A DNA stretch of 40,727 bases from Cyanobacteria bacterium J06626_4 (GCA_038523235.1 JBCBJQ010000050.1:1-40727), one strand, 5' to 3'; positions 17,188 through 27,442 are shown, numbered from the stretch's first letter. Program-made: numbers and translations. The notes: generated from the letters alone by a model not told the origin.

Positions 17188-18438
17188 ATGGCATACGTGG
17201 CGGTTAAAGGCGGAGAACAGGCCATTCGCAATGCGGAAGCGCTGCTAGCGGCCCGGCGACGGGGCGACCCTGACGTGCCCGAACTCTCACTAGAGCAAAT
17301 TAAGCAGCAACTGCAGCTCGCGGTTAACCGCGTCATGGCGGAAGGCAGCCTGTACGACCCGGATCTGGCGGCCTTGGCGATCAAACAGTCCTGGGGTGAT
17401 TTGGTTGAAGCGGCGTTTTTGCTCAGGGCCTATCGCACGACCTTGCCACGCCTCTATTACAGCCAGCCGTTGGATACGGGAGCGATGATGGTGCAGCGGC
17501 GCATTTCGGCCATCTTTAAAGACACGCCGGGGGGGCAAAAGCTTGGCCCCACCTTTGACTACGTGCATCGTCTGCTGGACTTTAAGCTAGCGGCAGAAGA
17601 TAACCAGTTTGTCGCTCCCACTCAAACGACCGAGGCGGCGATCGCCGCGACCCCTCGCGCCCTGGATACCTTGGCTCACGAAGATTTGATCGCGACTCCC
17701 GCTTCACCGTTTCAGAAGGATGCCGCAGTCGCGCAGTTGCCCCCCACAGAAGGGACACCGCCCCCCTACGATCTGACTCGCCAGCCGTTAGAGACACCGC
17801 TGACCCGCGATGCGCGGTTACAAAATCTGGCCCGCGCTGACGAAGGCTTTTTGCTGTCGATGGCCTATTCCACCCAGCGGGGCTATGGCACCAATCATCC
17901 CTTCGCGGGCGAAGTGCGAATGGGGTCGGTCGAGGTGGTCATCTGCCCCGAAGAGCTGGGCTTTGAGGTGGCGATCGCCGATATCACCGTAACCGAAGTG
18001 CAAATGGTCAATCAGTTCCAGGGTAACCAGGAGACCCCGCCCCAATTTACCCAGGGCTACGGCCTCACCTTTGGCTACAACGAGCGTAAGGCCATGGCGA
18101 TGGCCCTGATGGATCGGGCTTTGCAGGCCAAAGAGTTGGGCGAAACCGTGAGCAATCCCGCTCAGGACGAAGAGTTTGTGCTGTATCACTCGGATAATGT
18201 CGAAGCGCAAGGGTTTGTACAACACCTCAAGCTGCCGCACTACATTGACTTTCAAGCCGAGTTGAATTTGGTGCGACAGCTGCGTCAAACCACTCAATCG
18301 TCGCCGCCTGCCCCGCCGGCAGCAGCTGCCTCACCGGTGCGGTCCTCATCGGCCGTGGCTGCACCCACCGCCGGTTCCCCCACAAAAGCCGCAGCGGAGG
18401 CCACTGGCGCGCGCGAGGCCTCAGGGCGTCTCCCCTAG
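17188..18438 (+). CDS. phnI: C-P lyase subunit PhnI
   Basis: YVAVKGGEQAI, RRISAIFKDTPGGQ.LGPTFDY, HSDNVEAQGFVQHLKLPHYIDFQAEL. Confidence 0.97.
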   Translation: MAYVAVKGGEQAIRNAEALLAARRRGDPDVPELSLEQIKQQLQLAVNRVMAEGSLYDPDLAALAIKQSWGDLVEAAFLLRAYRTTLPRLYYSQPLDTGAMMVQRRISAIFKDTPGGQKLGPTFDYVHRLLDFKLAAEDNQFVAPTQTTEAAIAATPRALDTLAHEDLIATPASPFQKDAAVAQLPPTEGTPPPYDLTRQPLETPLTRDARLQNLARADEGFLLSMAYSTQRGYGTNHPFAGEVRMGSVEVVICPEELGFEVAIADITVTEVQMVNQFQGNQETPPQFTQGYGLTFGYNERKAMAMALMDRALQAKELGETVSNPAQDEEFVLYHSDNVEAQGFVQHLKLPHYIDFQAELNLVRQLRQTTQSSPPAPPAAAASPVRSSSAVAAPTAGSPTKAAAEATGAREASGRLP

Positions 18439-18518
18439 CAACTCCTGAGTCTCCTTACCCCAACCTCACCTTTTTCACACTGTCACCCTTTTCCCTGTTG
18501 TTTCCTGTGCTGACACCG

Positions 18519-19448
18519 ATGACTCCTCCCTTACCATCCTCGTCGCCGACTGCCGACACGGTGACTGCCGCTAGTCCCGCAGCGGGTTTCAACTTTGCTT
18601 ACCTGGATGAGCAAACGAAGCGATCGATCCGCCGCGCTCTCCTCAAGGCCGTCGCGATTCCGGGGCATCAAATTCCCTTTAGCTCGCGCGAAATGCCGAT
18701 GGCCTATGGCTGGGGCACAGGCGGCGTGCAGGTGACTGCGGCTGTGATTGGCCAGCAAGATACGCTCAAAGTCATTGACCAGGGCGCGGATGACACCACC
18801 AACGCCGTTAACATTCGCCGCTTTTTTAAAAAGGTCTGCGGTATAGCGACGACTGATCGCACCGCTGAGGCCACCCTGATTCAAACCCGTCACCGCATTC
18901 CCGAAACGCCGCTGCAGCCGGGACAGATCATGGTGTATCAGGTGCCCATGCCTGAGCCCCTGTTTTTTATTGAGCCGTCGCGCACCGAAGCCAACAAGAT
19001 GCACGCCCTCGAAGAGTACGGGCCGATGTACGTGCGGCTCTACGAAGATGTCACCCAGTTTGGTCACATTGCGATGGCTTACGACTATCCGGTGATGGTG
19101 GGCGATCGCTATTTGATGAAACCCAGTCCCATCCCCCGCTTCGACAATCCCAAGCTGCATATGAGCCCGGCGCTCCAGCTCTTTGGGGCGGGCCGCGAAA
19201 AACGCATCTACGCCATTCCGCCCTACACCTCGGTCAAGAGTCTCGACTTTGACGACCATCCCTTTACGGTAGAAACCTGGGATGCCGCCTGCGCCTTTTG
19301 CGGCGCGACCGACAGCTACCTGGATGAAGTGGTTACGGATGACCAGGGGGGGCGCATGTGGATCTGTTCTGATACCGATTACTGTCACCAGCGACAGCAG
19401 GCCGCGCCGTCGGATGACGCCAGCATCTCGGCTTCGTTCGACGCTTAG
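18519..19448 (+). CDS. phnJ: C-P lyase catalytic subunit PhnJ (radical SAM/glycyl radical)
   Basis: FNFAYLDEQTKR, AIPGHQ (catalytic Gly), YGWGTGG, CAFC...CSDTDYC with all four Cys present. Confidence 0.97.
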   Translation: MTPPLPSSSPTADTVTAASPAAGFNFAYLDEQTKRSIRRALLKAVAIPGHQIPFSSREMPMAYGWGTGGVQVTAAVIGQQDTLKVIDQGADDTTNAVNIRRFFKKVCGIATTDRTAEATLIQTRHRIPETPLQPGQIMVYQVPMPEPLFFIEPSRTEANKMHALEEYGPMYVRLYEDVTQFGHIAMAYDYPVMVGDRYLMKPSPIPRFDNPKLHMSPALQLFGAGREKRIYAIPPYTSVKSLDFDDHPFTVETWDAACAFCGATDSYLDEVVTDDQGGRMWICSDTDYCHQRQQAAPSDDASISASFDA

Positions 19449-21874
19449 CGGTGCGAGACAGCCAGGGTGAGCGGATCGGGGTTGCCGACCAGCGTAAATG
19501 CCGCCCAGGCCAGCGGTTCAGGATAGATTGCTTGGGTCTGCAACATGGCCTGCCGCAGGGCTTGTGCCTTGTTTTGTCCCTGCTGTAGGGCTTGATAAAA
19601 CGACTGCATCAGCGCGGATGTGGGCTCATCGGGCACCGCCCAGAGGGAGACCACAGTGCTTTGCGCGCCCGCCGCAATCAGCGATCGCGACAGACCCACC
19701 ACGCCATCACCCGTCACCTCGCCCAAGCCCGTATCGCAGGCGCTCAGCACCACAAGCTGAGCCGAGAGCGACAGATCAGCGATTTCGCGGGCGGTTAACA
19801 GTCCATCCGCCGTGTCAGAAGGAGTGAGGGCGATCGCGCCCCGCACCGGAATCCGTTCTTGGGTATCGACATAGTCCAACAGGCCGTGGGTAGCTAGATG
19901 CACCACGCTAGCCTGCGACATGGCAACGGTAATTTGCGACTCGGTGGCGGCACTGCCGAGAATAGCCTCGGTGTCAAAAATGCGGGCAATGGCGGTAGCT
20001 TCAGCGGCGGCCCCAGGCAGTGGCTGTAGGGGGGCAAAGTCAGGCACCGGCGGCATCTCCGGATCACCCACAATCAGCGGCGCGGCGGTGGCATTGGGGG
20101 CGTCAGCGGCCAGGGTGAGATCGAGCAGCTGAATGGCGGGCGCGGTCAGCAGGGTATGGCGCTCAATCAGGGCACGCCCCTCGGCATCGGTTAGCGCGGT
20201 AAAGGGCAAATAAAACAGCGACTCATGGGGAATCAATACCACCAAATCGTCGGGATTGCTGGGCAATGCCGCTGCAATGGGGGCGATGAGCAGCTGATAG
20301 AGGTCACTCAAGGAAGTGTCGGGCACGGTTTCAGTGGTGGCCTGAACGCCGATGCCCCGCGTGCGACCCAAGGCTCCCAGCGCCCGGCGACTCTGTTGAA
20401 TCTGTGCGGCCAAACTCATCTCGAGCCCAGCTAAGTCAATGGTTTCGAAGGTGACGCCTCCGGCTGGTGACACCACCCAAACAAATATCTGCCCAGCGGT
20501 GCCGCGCTGACGGCCCTGCACAGTGAAATCATCTTCCGGCACGATCGCATACTCGACCAGGGTAGCGTCGAGAGTACGCGCTACCTGCTGCATTTGGTCA
20601 AGAGTGGTGGGTAGCAGCGGCGTCTCGGCCCCCGCAACGGATTCCACAAAGGCCCGGGCTCGCCCCTGCTCGGAGGTTTCCAAGGCGGCGGCGTAATCGC
20701 CCTGGGCAACCTGCACCTGCATCAGCAGGTTATAGGTATAAATCTGCGTATCAAAGACGTTGACTTTATCGGCATCGGCCAGCCCTTGCCGCAGGGTAGA
20801 GAGCAGCTGCACCGACTCCTGCAGGGCCGTTTCTGCCTCGGCCAGCTGTCCCGAGACGAGATCAGTATGGGCCAAGTTATTCAGCGCGTTGGCTAGCAGG
20901 CGCGGCGTGGCCAGCGTACGGGCGATCGCCACACTAGCGGCGTGACTTTGCCGGGCTTGGTCAAAGTCGGCGGTGTCTTCATAGGCTACCCCCAGGTTGG
21001 TGAGCGCAGTGGCCTGCAGGGCCTGATTCCCAGTCTGTTCCGCCAGAGTCAGGCTGGCTTGAAACTGGGCGATCGCCGCCGGGTAGTCCCCCAGCTGCTG
21101 ATAGGTGCCGCCCAAATTATTGTGACCGTAGGCGGCAGACCCCCAAAAGCCCGAGTCGGTGGCCAGGGCAATGCCCGCTTCATACCAGGTGATCGCGGTG
21201 TCATACTCGCCCAACAGCCCGTAAAGTCCGCCCAGGTTCATTTGCGCGGTTGCTTCCAGCGAGGGCGAAGCGGTCGCCGCGGCGAGGGTCAGGCTAGTTT
21301 TTTGAGCGGTGATCGCCGAGGCATAGTCGCCCAGCGATTCGTAGGCGTTCCCCAACAGGCCGTGGAGTTGGGCTAATGCCGCCGACTCTGGGGTCGACTG
21401 CAGCAGCGTCAACGCCTGCTCGTAAGTGGCAACGGCGTTGGCAAACTGTCCCGATGACTGATAGGCGATGCCCAAATTACCCAAAGCTTGCGCCTCTAGG
21501 TCGGGTCGCTCTAGGGTTTGAGCTAGCGTGGCGCTGTCTTGGCTGTAGGCGATCGCGGCGGTGGGCTGACTGAGGGAAAGGGCGGCGGCAGCGAGGGCGT
21601 TGAGGGTAATCGCGACATTCTCCTGATCGCCATTGGCTTCAAACGCGGCGACGGCCCGTTGCCACTGGGCGATCGCGGTTTCATAGTCGTTGGCTTGAAA
21701 GGCCACCATCCCCGCTTGAAAAGCTTCACTCGCGCTGGGCTCAGCCGCTTGCGTCAGCGTCAGAGACGAGGGTGTCGCCAGTCCGGCGGGCAACGATCCG
21801 GCAACCGTCACCAGAACCGCCGTTAGCAGCGATAGCACCAGGGGCCAGAAGAATTTTCGTTTAATTGCGATCAC
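19445..21874 (-). CDS. TPR-repeat + CHAT (caspase-like) domain protein with N-terminal signal/TM segment
   Basis: KRKFFW plus hydrophobic stretch; multiple TPRs (ALGNLGIAY, NNLGGTY); intact HLATHG and LSACDTG dyad; WAAFTLVG end; GTG start at 21874 inferred (ORF open to 21925). Confidence 0.93.
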   Translation of the reverse strand: MIAIKRKFFWPLVLSLLTAVLVTVAGSLPAGLATPSSLTLTQAAEPSASEAFQAGMVAFQANDYETAIAQWQRAVAAFEANGDQENVAITLNALAAAALSLSQPTAAIAYSQDSATLAQTLERPDLEAQALGNLGIAYQSSGQFANAVATYEQALTLLQSTPESAALAQLHGLLGNAYESLGDYASAITAQKTSLTLAAATASPSLEATAQMNLGGLYGLLGEYDTAITWYEAGIALATDSGFWGSAAYGHNNLGGTYQQLGDYPAAIAQFQASLTLAEQTGNQALQATALTNLGVAYEDTADFDQARQSHAASVAIARTLATPRLLANALNNLAHTDLVSGQLAEAETALQESVQLLSTLRQGLADADKVNVFDTQIYTYNLLMQVQVAQGDYAAALETSEQGRARAFVESVAGAETPLLPTTLDQMQQVARTLDATLVEYAIVPEDDFTVQGRQRGTAGQIFVWVVSPAGGVTFETIDLAGLEMSLAAQIQQSRRALGALGRTRGIGVQATTETVPDTSLSDLYQLLIAPIAAALPSNPDDLVVLIPHESLFYLPFTALTDAEGRALIERHTLLTAPAIQLLDLTLAADAPNATAAPLIVGDPEMPPVPDFAPLQPLPGAAAEATAIARIFDTEAILGSAATESQITVAMSQASVVHLATHGLLDYVDTQERIPVRGAIALTPSDTADGLLTAREIADLSLSAQLVVLSACDTGLGEVTGDGVVGLSRSLIAAGAQSTVVSLWAVPDEPTSALMQSFYQALQQGQNKAQALRQAMLQTQAIYPEPLAWAAFTLVGNPDPLTLAVSHR

Positions 21875-21945
21875 GCTATCCCTACTCAAGCGGGAAATTT
21901 GGACAAGGCGAGAAAGCCGCGCCAACCCCGTCCGTTTGAGCGCTG

Positions 21946-24372
21946 CTATTCACTGTCATCTTCACAGCGTTCCTCCGGTTCTCCGGCGTTCTCATCACAA
22001 ATCTCCAAAACTGCGGTGGTGGCAGCAGCGGCAGGCTCCGATTCTCCCGCCGCATTTTCGTTTTGGCCCTCGGATAGGTTGTCCAACACCGTGATATCAG
22101 GCACCAGCGTACTGTCGATCAAAAACGTCTGATTCTCAAACGACGTCACAAGGGTGCGGTCAGGGCGCGTGCGAAAAACGCCGCCCACCGTGCCGTTTTC
22201 CCCCGGTGCCAGCGGGGTGCCCCCGCCAGTATTGGGGCCAATGACAAAGTCAAGCGGCAACGGCGGTAGCTGATTGGCCAGGTCGAAGGCGATCGCCACG
22301 CCTCGCACCGTCGTTTCATCAACCCGAGTACCTCGACGCACAACGAGGCTACGAGGTTGCAAAAAGGCTTCCGTCTGGGCCTGATCGAGCCCCTCGGTGG
22401 CCAGTTCTTCCGCCGGATTCAGTGGCACTGCGGCCAACATGCTCAGGGTAAAGTCATTCACGATGCTGGCATCCGCCTTTTCCGGTCGGGCGGCGACATC
22501 GACGGTACCCTCCGCCCGAAACTGCCCCGCCGAGTTCACCACGATGCCGCCGGAGCCGGACAGCAGACTGTCGACCACGATGCCTCCTTGGGTGGCTTCT
22601 AAGGTGACACGGCTGATGTTGCCGCCATTGCCCAGCGTCGTAATCGGGGTCGGCTGCAGCGCATTCAGCACCCCCGCTTGAATCTCGGAGCCCACCAGCG
22701 TAATGCTGCCATCGTCATTGTCGGGCACTTCAAAGGTAAAGATGCTGCCAGCCACAATACTGCCCTCGGCAACAATCGCCACGTTTCGACCCGGAGCCAC
22801 CAGCGTATCGGTTGCAGCCATCGAGAAGCCATTGCCCGCCTCAAAACGAATTGCCCCCGTCCCCGTTTGGAACTGCAGCTCATCGTCCGCCAGATCAGCG
22901 ATCGCGATGTTGTTGCTGGCCCGCAGCGTTACCGCCATATCGCCCGCCAGCCCTTCTAACTCAGACTCGTAGATGACGGTGGGCAGTGGTGACGTGAGGG
23001 GACTGTCGATGTCGCTAAGCAGCGTGGCAAACCCATCACGGTCGTTGCCATCGGCCGTGCCGTTGAGAATCTGAATATCGACCGGATCGAGCAGTAGGGT
23101 GCCCGGCTGTCCCGCCGGAGCCGCCGTATTGACTGCCCCGCGAAAGGCAAGCGACTGCGCCCCCGACACTTCGACCAAGCCGCCATCACCCCCTTGAGCG
23201 CCGCCCTGGGCGGAAACCCTGCCAAAGAATCCCGTCGCGCCGTCTGACCACAGAATGACGGTGCCGCCATTGCCAATCAGCATTGCATCCGCCGCGATCG
23301 CGCTGCCCACATCCCCATAGGTCAGACGAGAACCAGGCAGGGTCGGCTGCCCTTGAAAATCGCCGCCTACCCGCACGGTGCCGCCCCCAGATGTTCCAGA
23401 AGCGTCAACATTGGCCTGCACTAGGCTGACGAGATCGCCCACCACGGTAATGTCGCCCCCCGCTGTGCCAGAACTGTCGAGCCTCCCAGCGGCGATCACG
23501 CTGCCGGGCCGATCCGCGATCGCCAGGGCTGAATTCACCAGGGTGATCGTCCCCTCGGAGGTCACCGCGACCTCTGTGGCTAAAGCCGCCCCGCCCCCGG
23601 TCAACAGTTCTGGCAGCGTCAGGGGCGTAAACGGCAGGGCCGCCGCAGCGGCCTCTGGCAGCGTGGCGAACTCCAGGCTCAAGGCCAGATCGGCCTGACT
23701 GATGCGGACTACATTCGCGTCGGGAATTGCCGCAATGGTAATGTCGCCCCCCGGTGCCGTCAGCGTGCCGGTGTTGATCACCTGACCGCCCATCAGCGTA
23801 ATCGCTTCGCCAGGGTTTACGGTCAAATCCGCCCCGTTCACCACGGCTCCAGCCCCCTCGGCAAACACAAACCCGGTCGGTGCGCCGGTGAATTGACTGT
23901 AGTCGTGGTGGCCTAGCAGGTTAAACACTGCGTCATTAAACTGAATGCCGCTGGCGGTAGTCGCCGCAAACGAGCCCGCGAGATCAAGCTGCGCATTGGG
24001 GCCAAACAAAATGCCCGCCGGATTGATCAGGTACAGATCAGCCGGACTACCCGTGACCTGCAGCAGCCCATCAATATAGGACGCCTCGCCGCCTACGACG
24101 CTGCCCAAAATCGATCGCACATCAGGCTGCGCTAAGAAATTCGCGATTTGGGCCGGCGACAGGCCAAACTCAGCAAAGGCGTGAAACAGCGCCTGCCCAT
24201 CGGCAGAGGGAACGCCTCCGGTAATGGTGAATTCGTTGCCTGACTGCGTAATTTGCGTGGCACTGCCCGTGTCAGGAATAATGGGGTTTGCTACTGCCCC
24301 GCCGGCCCATAGCCAGCCCCATCCACCCAGGCTGAAGACCATCACCGGAGAAATCAGCACCAGATTCGTCAT
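21946..24372 (-). CDS. Filamentous haemagglutinin N-terminal (TPS) domain exoprotein, paralog 2
   Basis: ALFHAF, LYLINPAGILFG, beta-helix-type Gly-rich repeats, GTLLLDP; start uncertain (ATG 24372; ORF open to 24585). Confidence 0.88.
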   Translation of the reverse strand: MTNLVLISPVMVFSLGGWGWLWAGGAVANPIIPDTGSATQITQSGNEFTITGGVPSADGQALFHAFAEFGLSPAQIANFLAQPDVRSILGSVVGGEASYIDGLLQVTGSPADLYLINPAGILFGPNAQLDLAGSFAATTASGIQFNDAVFNLLGHHDYSQFTGAPTGFVFAEGAGAVVNGADLTVNPGEAITLMGGQVINTGTLTAPGGDITIAAIPDANVVRISQADLALSLEFATLPEAAAAALPFTPLTLPELLTGGGAALATEVAVTSEGTITLVNSALAIADRPGSVIAAGRLDSSGTAGGDITVVGDLVSLVQANVDASGTSGGGTVRVGGDFQGQPTLPGSRLTYGDVGSAIAADAMLIGNGGTVILWSDGATGFFGRVSAQGGAQGGDGGLVEVSGAQSLAFRGAVNTAAPAGQPGTLLLDPVDIQILNGTADGNDRDGFATLLSDIDSPLTSPLPTVIYESELEGLAGDMAVTLRASNNIAIADLADDELQFQTGTGAIRFEAGNGFSMAATDTLVAPGRNVAIVAEGSIVAGSIFTFEVPDNDDGSITLVGSEIQAGVLNALQPTPITTLGNGGNISRVTLEATQGGIVVDSLLSGSGGIVVNSAGQFRAEGTVDVAARPEKADASIVNDFTLSMLAAVPLNPAEELATEGLDQAQTEAFLQPRSLVVRRGTRVDETTVRGVAIAFDLANQLPPLPLDFVIGPNTGGGTPLAPGENGTVGGVFRTRPDRTLVTSFENQTFLIDSTLVPDITVLDNLSEGQNENAAGESEPAAAATTAVLEICDENAGEPEERCEDDSE

Positions 24373-24676
24373 GGTCAGAGTCCAAAGAAGAACAGTTTGC
24401 GAAAACCGCACCCATGCACCGGGAGTTCCCCAAGACTGCCAGAAATCGTGTGACACCCAGGACTCAAGCCGGGGTGATTGTAGCCATCGTCGATAGGCAG
24501 CCGCAGAATGTCTGAATCCTATCAAATTTGGACAGTACGACAAGCTTGGCCACCCACAGCGCGCGTCGGCTAATCCGCAATACACCGCTCACTCAGGGCT
24601 CCATCGCGATCGCCCTGTCAAACGTCACTCACCTGAAGCATCAGCTTTTTTAACCTCACCCCCGACCCTCCACCCG

Positions 24677-27370
24677 CTACTCCCCACTCTCCTCCTCCGT
24701 ATCCGCCTCACAGGTGCCCGCAATCACCACCGTGTCAGCTGACTGCTCCGCGATCGCGGCCTCGCAATCAGGCTCGGTTGAGTCATCGGTCGTGAGCGCC
24801 TCGTCTTCCCCTGCTACAGCCGTTGCCGCAGCGCCTTCATTCTCAACGTCGGAGAGGTTTGCAAGCGTGGTGGTGGCCTCTGGCTGATTGTCGCCTGCCA
24901 CATTTTCTAACCCGCCACCAATCACCTCGATCGGTATTGTTGGCGTGCCGGGAGTCGGCGAGCTGACAGGTGGTTCCGGCGCCACCGGCACAAAGGGCTG
25001 ATTTTGGAATGAGGTGACGAGCGTGGCATCCCCTTGTCCTCGCAAAATTGCCCCCGTCGTACCGCTGGCATTGTCAGGAAACGTGCCCGCTGGAAACAGA
25101 GTAGTGAAACCGAAAAACCTAGCCATGGGAATATCGATCGTGTGGTCGTTGTTCGGCCCCGCTACAAATTGGACGTCGGGCAGCGCTCCGGTGCCCGTAA
25201 TGGTGATGTTGTCACCACTAAACGTGTTAGCTCGCCCACCTTGACGAATCACGATTTCACCCGTGCCACCGTCTGGACTGACAAAAATGCTGGCAGGAAA
25301 GGTGATGAACACCTGATCGTTAAAATCAGCGGGATCGACCAATCCAGCATCAATCAACGGCTGGGGATCGCCACGCATCAAAAAATCAATGAGTTCAGCA
25401 TCAGTGGAAGAATCCAGGGTAATGCGAACATTGGTGTCAAACGTGTCTCGGGCTTGAAAGCGCTGCGCGGCGTCAATCTCCAATCCCCCGTTACCAGCGG
25501 AAATCGTATCGACAATAATGTCGCCTGTAGTCGCAGTCAGTTCCACCCGACTGGCATCTGAAAAGCCCCCTCCAGCACTCACGCGGCCAGCGATGAAGCT
25601 GCCACCCACAACCGTAATATTGCCACTCCCGCTGAACGGATCGCCGAAGCTGAGCAGATCGCCCGTTGTAATCGCGCCTGCCGCATTCAGCGTGATGCTA
25701 CCGCCTTGATCAGTCCCATCAGAGGTGTTTAAACCACCAGTGGTGATGGTATTGGCCGTAATAGTGAGCGATCTCCGCGGCGCCACGATCGCGTCATTAC
25801 TGTCTTCAAAGCGAAATTCGTTGCCCGCCTCAAAGGTAATGCTGCCGGGATTCACCGGGTCGGTAAAAAAGGTCAGTGCATCGTCTGCCAGGTCTTCCAA
25901 AATAATGTTGTTGCTGGCGCGAATGCCCAAGTCGATATTGCCCGGAGAGTTTTCTAGCTCTGATTCATAAATCACGGTGGGAATCGCATCAGCCGCCGCA
26001 AACGTAAATTCTGTCAGCTGAAAGGCGCTGCCATCGGAGTCATCACCGTCCACCGTGCCGTTGCGAATGGTGACATCCGTTGGGTCGAGCAGCAGGGTGC
26101 CGATCTGGCCATTGGGGGCGATAGCCGTCACTGTGCCTCGATAAACCAGGGTTTCCTGCCCCGACACTTCCACAAAACCGCCATCGCCCGCGACACTGCC
26201 CCCCGCTGCCGCAATCTCTCCATAGAACGCGGTGGCCCCATCAGCCCAGAGAATTACCGTGCCGCCATCGCCCACGGTGCCCGCATTAGCCAGGATCTCG
26301 GTGCCGCCATCCACATAGGTCAGTTGCGAACCGGGTAGCGTATCTTGTCCCTGAAAGTCTCCCCCCACGCGCACCGTACCGCCATCATTCGCGCCAGACA
26401 CATTCACCGTGGCGTCCAGCAGGGCCACACGATCGCCCACCACCGTGATGTCACCGCCTGCTGTCCCCGAAGCGTCTAGCGTGCCGGCAGCGATCACCGT
26501 GCCCGCCCCGTGGGGAATTTCCGTCCCGGTGTTAACTAACGCCACGGTGCCGTCGGGCTGCACCGTGAGTCCCGTCGCTAAGGCCGCGTCCCCCCCCGTC
26601 AACAGCTGGGGCAGCGCCAAAGGTGTGAACGTGGTACCCGAGGTGGCCAGATCCTCTGGCAGCGTCGCCAGTTCTAGATTCAGCACCATATCGGGATGGC
26701 TGATGCGGACGAGATTCGCTTCGGGCACTGCCGCGATCACGATGTCGCCGCCTGGTGCCGTCAGCGTGCCGGTGTTGATCACCTGGCCACCGATGAGCAG
26801 AATCGCTTCGCCGGGGGAGACCGCTAGGTTACCGGCATTGGAGATCGCCGCCGCTTCGTCGCCAGTAAACACGTAGCCCACCGGACTGCCCGTGAGCTGG
26901 GCGTAATCATTGGCAGCGATCGCGTCAAAAATACCCATATCAAACTGCACGCCGTTGGCGGTGGTGGCGGCAAACGAGCCCGCCAAATCGAGCTGCGCAT
27001 GGGGGCCAAACAAAATTCCGGCTGGGTTAATTAGATAGAGATCGGCCCCGCCGCCGCTAACGCTCAACAGTCCATTAATATAAGAGGCATCGCCGCCCAC
27101 TACGCGACCCAAAATGGACTGCAGCTCCGGCTGCGCCATAAACGTGGCGACCTGCCCGGATGAGAGGCCCAACTGCTCAAAGGAATGAAACAGCGCCTGG
27201 CCATCACCTGAGGATATGCCCCCCGTAATGGTGAATTCGTTACCCGTTTGGACGACCTGTGTCTGGCTACCTGCCTCGGGAACAATCGGATTTGCCCAGC
27301 CGCGATCGGCGCCCAGTAGCCCGCCGCCGTAAATGCCGATCGCCGCTGCTGCCAGCCAATGGAGTTGCAT
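24677..27370 (-). CDS. Filamentous haemagglutinin N-terminal (TPS) domain exoprotein, paralog 1
   Basis: Signal peptide to GWA/NP, ALFHSF, LYLINPAGILFG, GTLLLDP; acidic C-terminus. Confidence 0.9.
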   Translation of the reverse strand: MQLHWLAAAAIGIYGGGLLGADRGWANPIVPEAGSQTQVVQTGNEFTITGGISSGDGQALFHSFEQLGLSSGQVATFMAQPELQSILGRVVGGDASYINGLLSVSGGGADLYLINPAGILFGPHAQLDLAGSFAATTANGVQFDMGIFDAIAANDYAQLTGSPVGYVFTGDEAAAISNAGNLAVSPGEAILLIGGQVINTGTLTAPGGDIVIAAVPEANLVRISHPDMVLNLELATLPEDLATSGTTFTPLALPQLLTGGDAALATGLTVQPDGTVALVNTGTEIPHGAGTVIAAGTLDASGTAGGDITVVGDRVALLDATVNVSGANDGGTVRVGGDFQGQDTLPGSQLTYVDGGTEILANAGTVGDGGTVILWADGATAFYGEIAAAGGSVAGDGGFVEVSGQETLVYRGTVTAIAPNGQIGTLLLDPTDVTIRNGTVDGDDSDGSAFQLTEFTFAAADAIPTVIYESELENSPGNIDLGIRASNNIILEDLADDALTFFTDPVNPGSITFEAGNEFRFEDSNDAIVAPRRSLTITANTITTGGLNTSDGTDQGGSITLNAAGAITTGDLLSFGDPFSGSGNITVVGGSFIAGRVSAGGGFSDASRVELTATTGDIIVDTISAGNGGLEIDAAQRFQARDTFDTNVRITLDSSTDAELIDFLMRGDPQPLIDAGLVDPADFNDQVFITFPASIFVSPDGGTGEIVIRQGGRANTFSGDNITITGTGALPDVQFVAGPNNDHTIDIPMARFFGFTTLFPAGTFPDNASGTTGAILRGQGDATLVTSFQNQPFVPVAPEPPVSSPTPGTPTIPIEVIGGGLENVAGDNQPEATTTLANLSDVENEGAAATAVAGEDEALTTDDSTEPDCEAAIAEQSADTVVIAGTCEADTEEESGE

Positions 27371-27426
27371 AATTCGCCCCGGTCTTCACGCATCGATACT
27401 CAGTATCTTCAACTAGATGTCCCCAA

Positions 27427-27442
27427 GTTCGGGAAACCGCAC
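27427..27442 (+). promoter_or_regulatory. K-box of the groESL promoter
   Basis: GTTCGGGAAACCGCAC matches the consensus GTTCGG-NNAN-CCNNAC. Confidence 0.88.

Noticed and set aside
18531..19388. 285-aa antisense ORF over phnJ
   Set aside because: Shadow ORF of a GC-rich conserved gene
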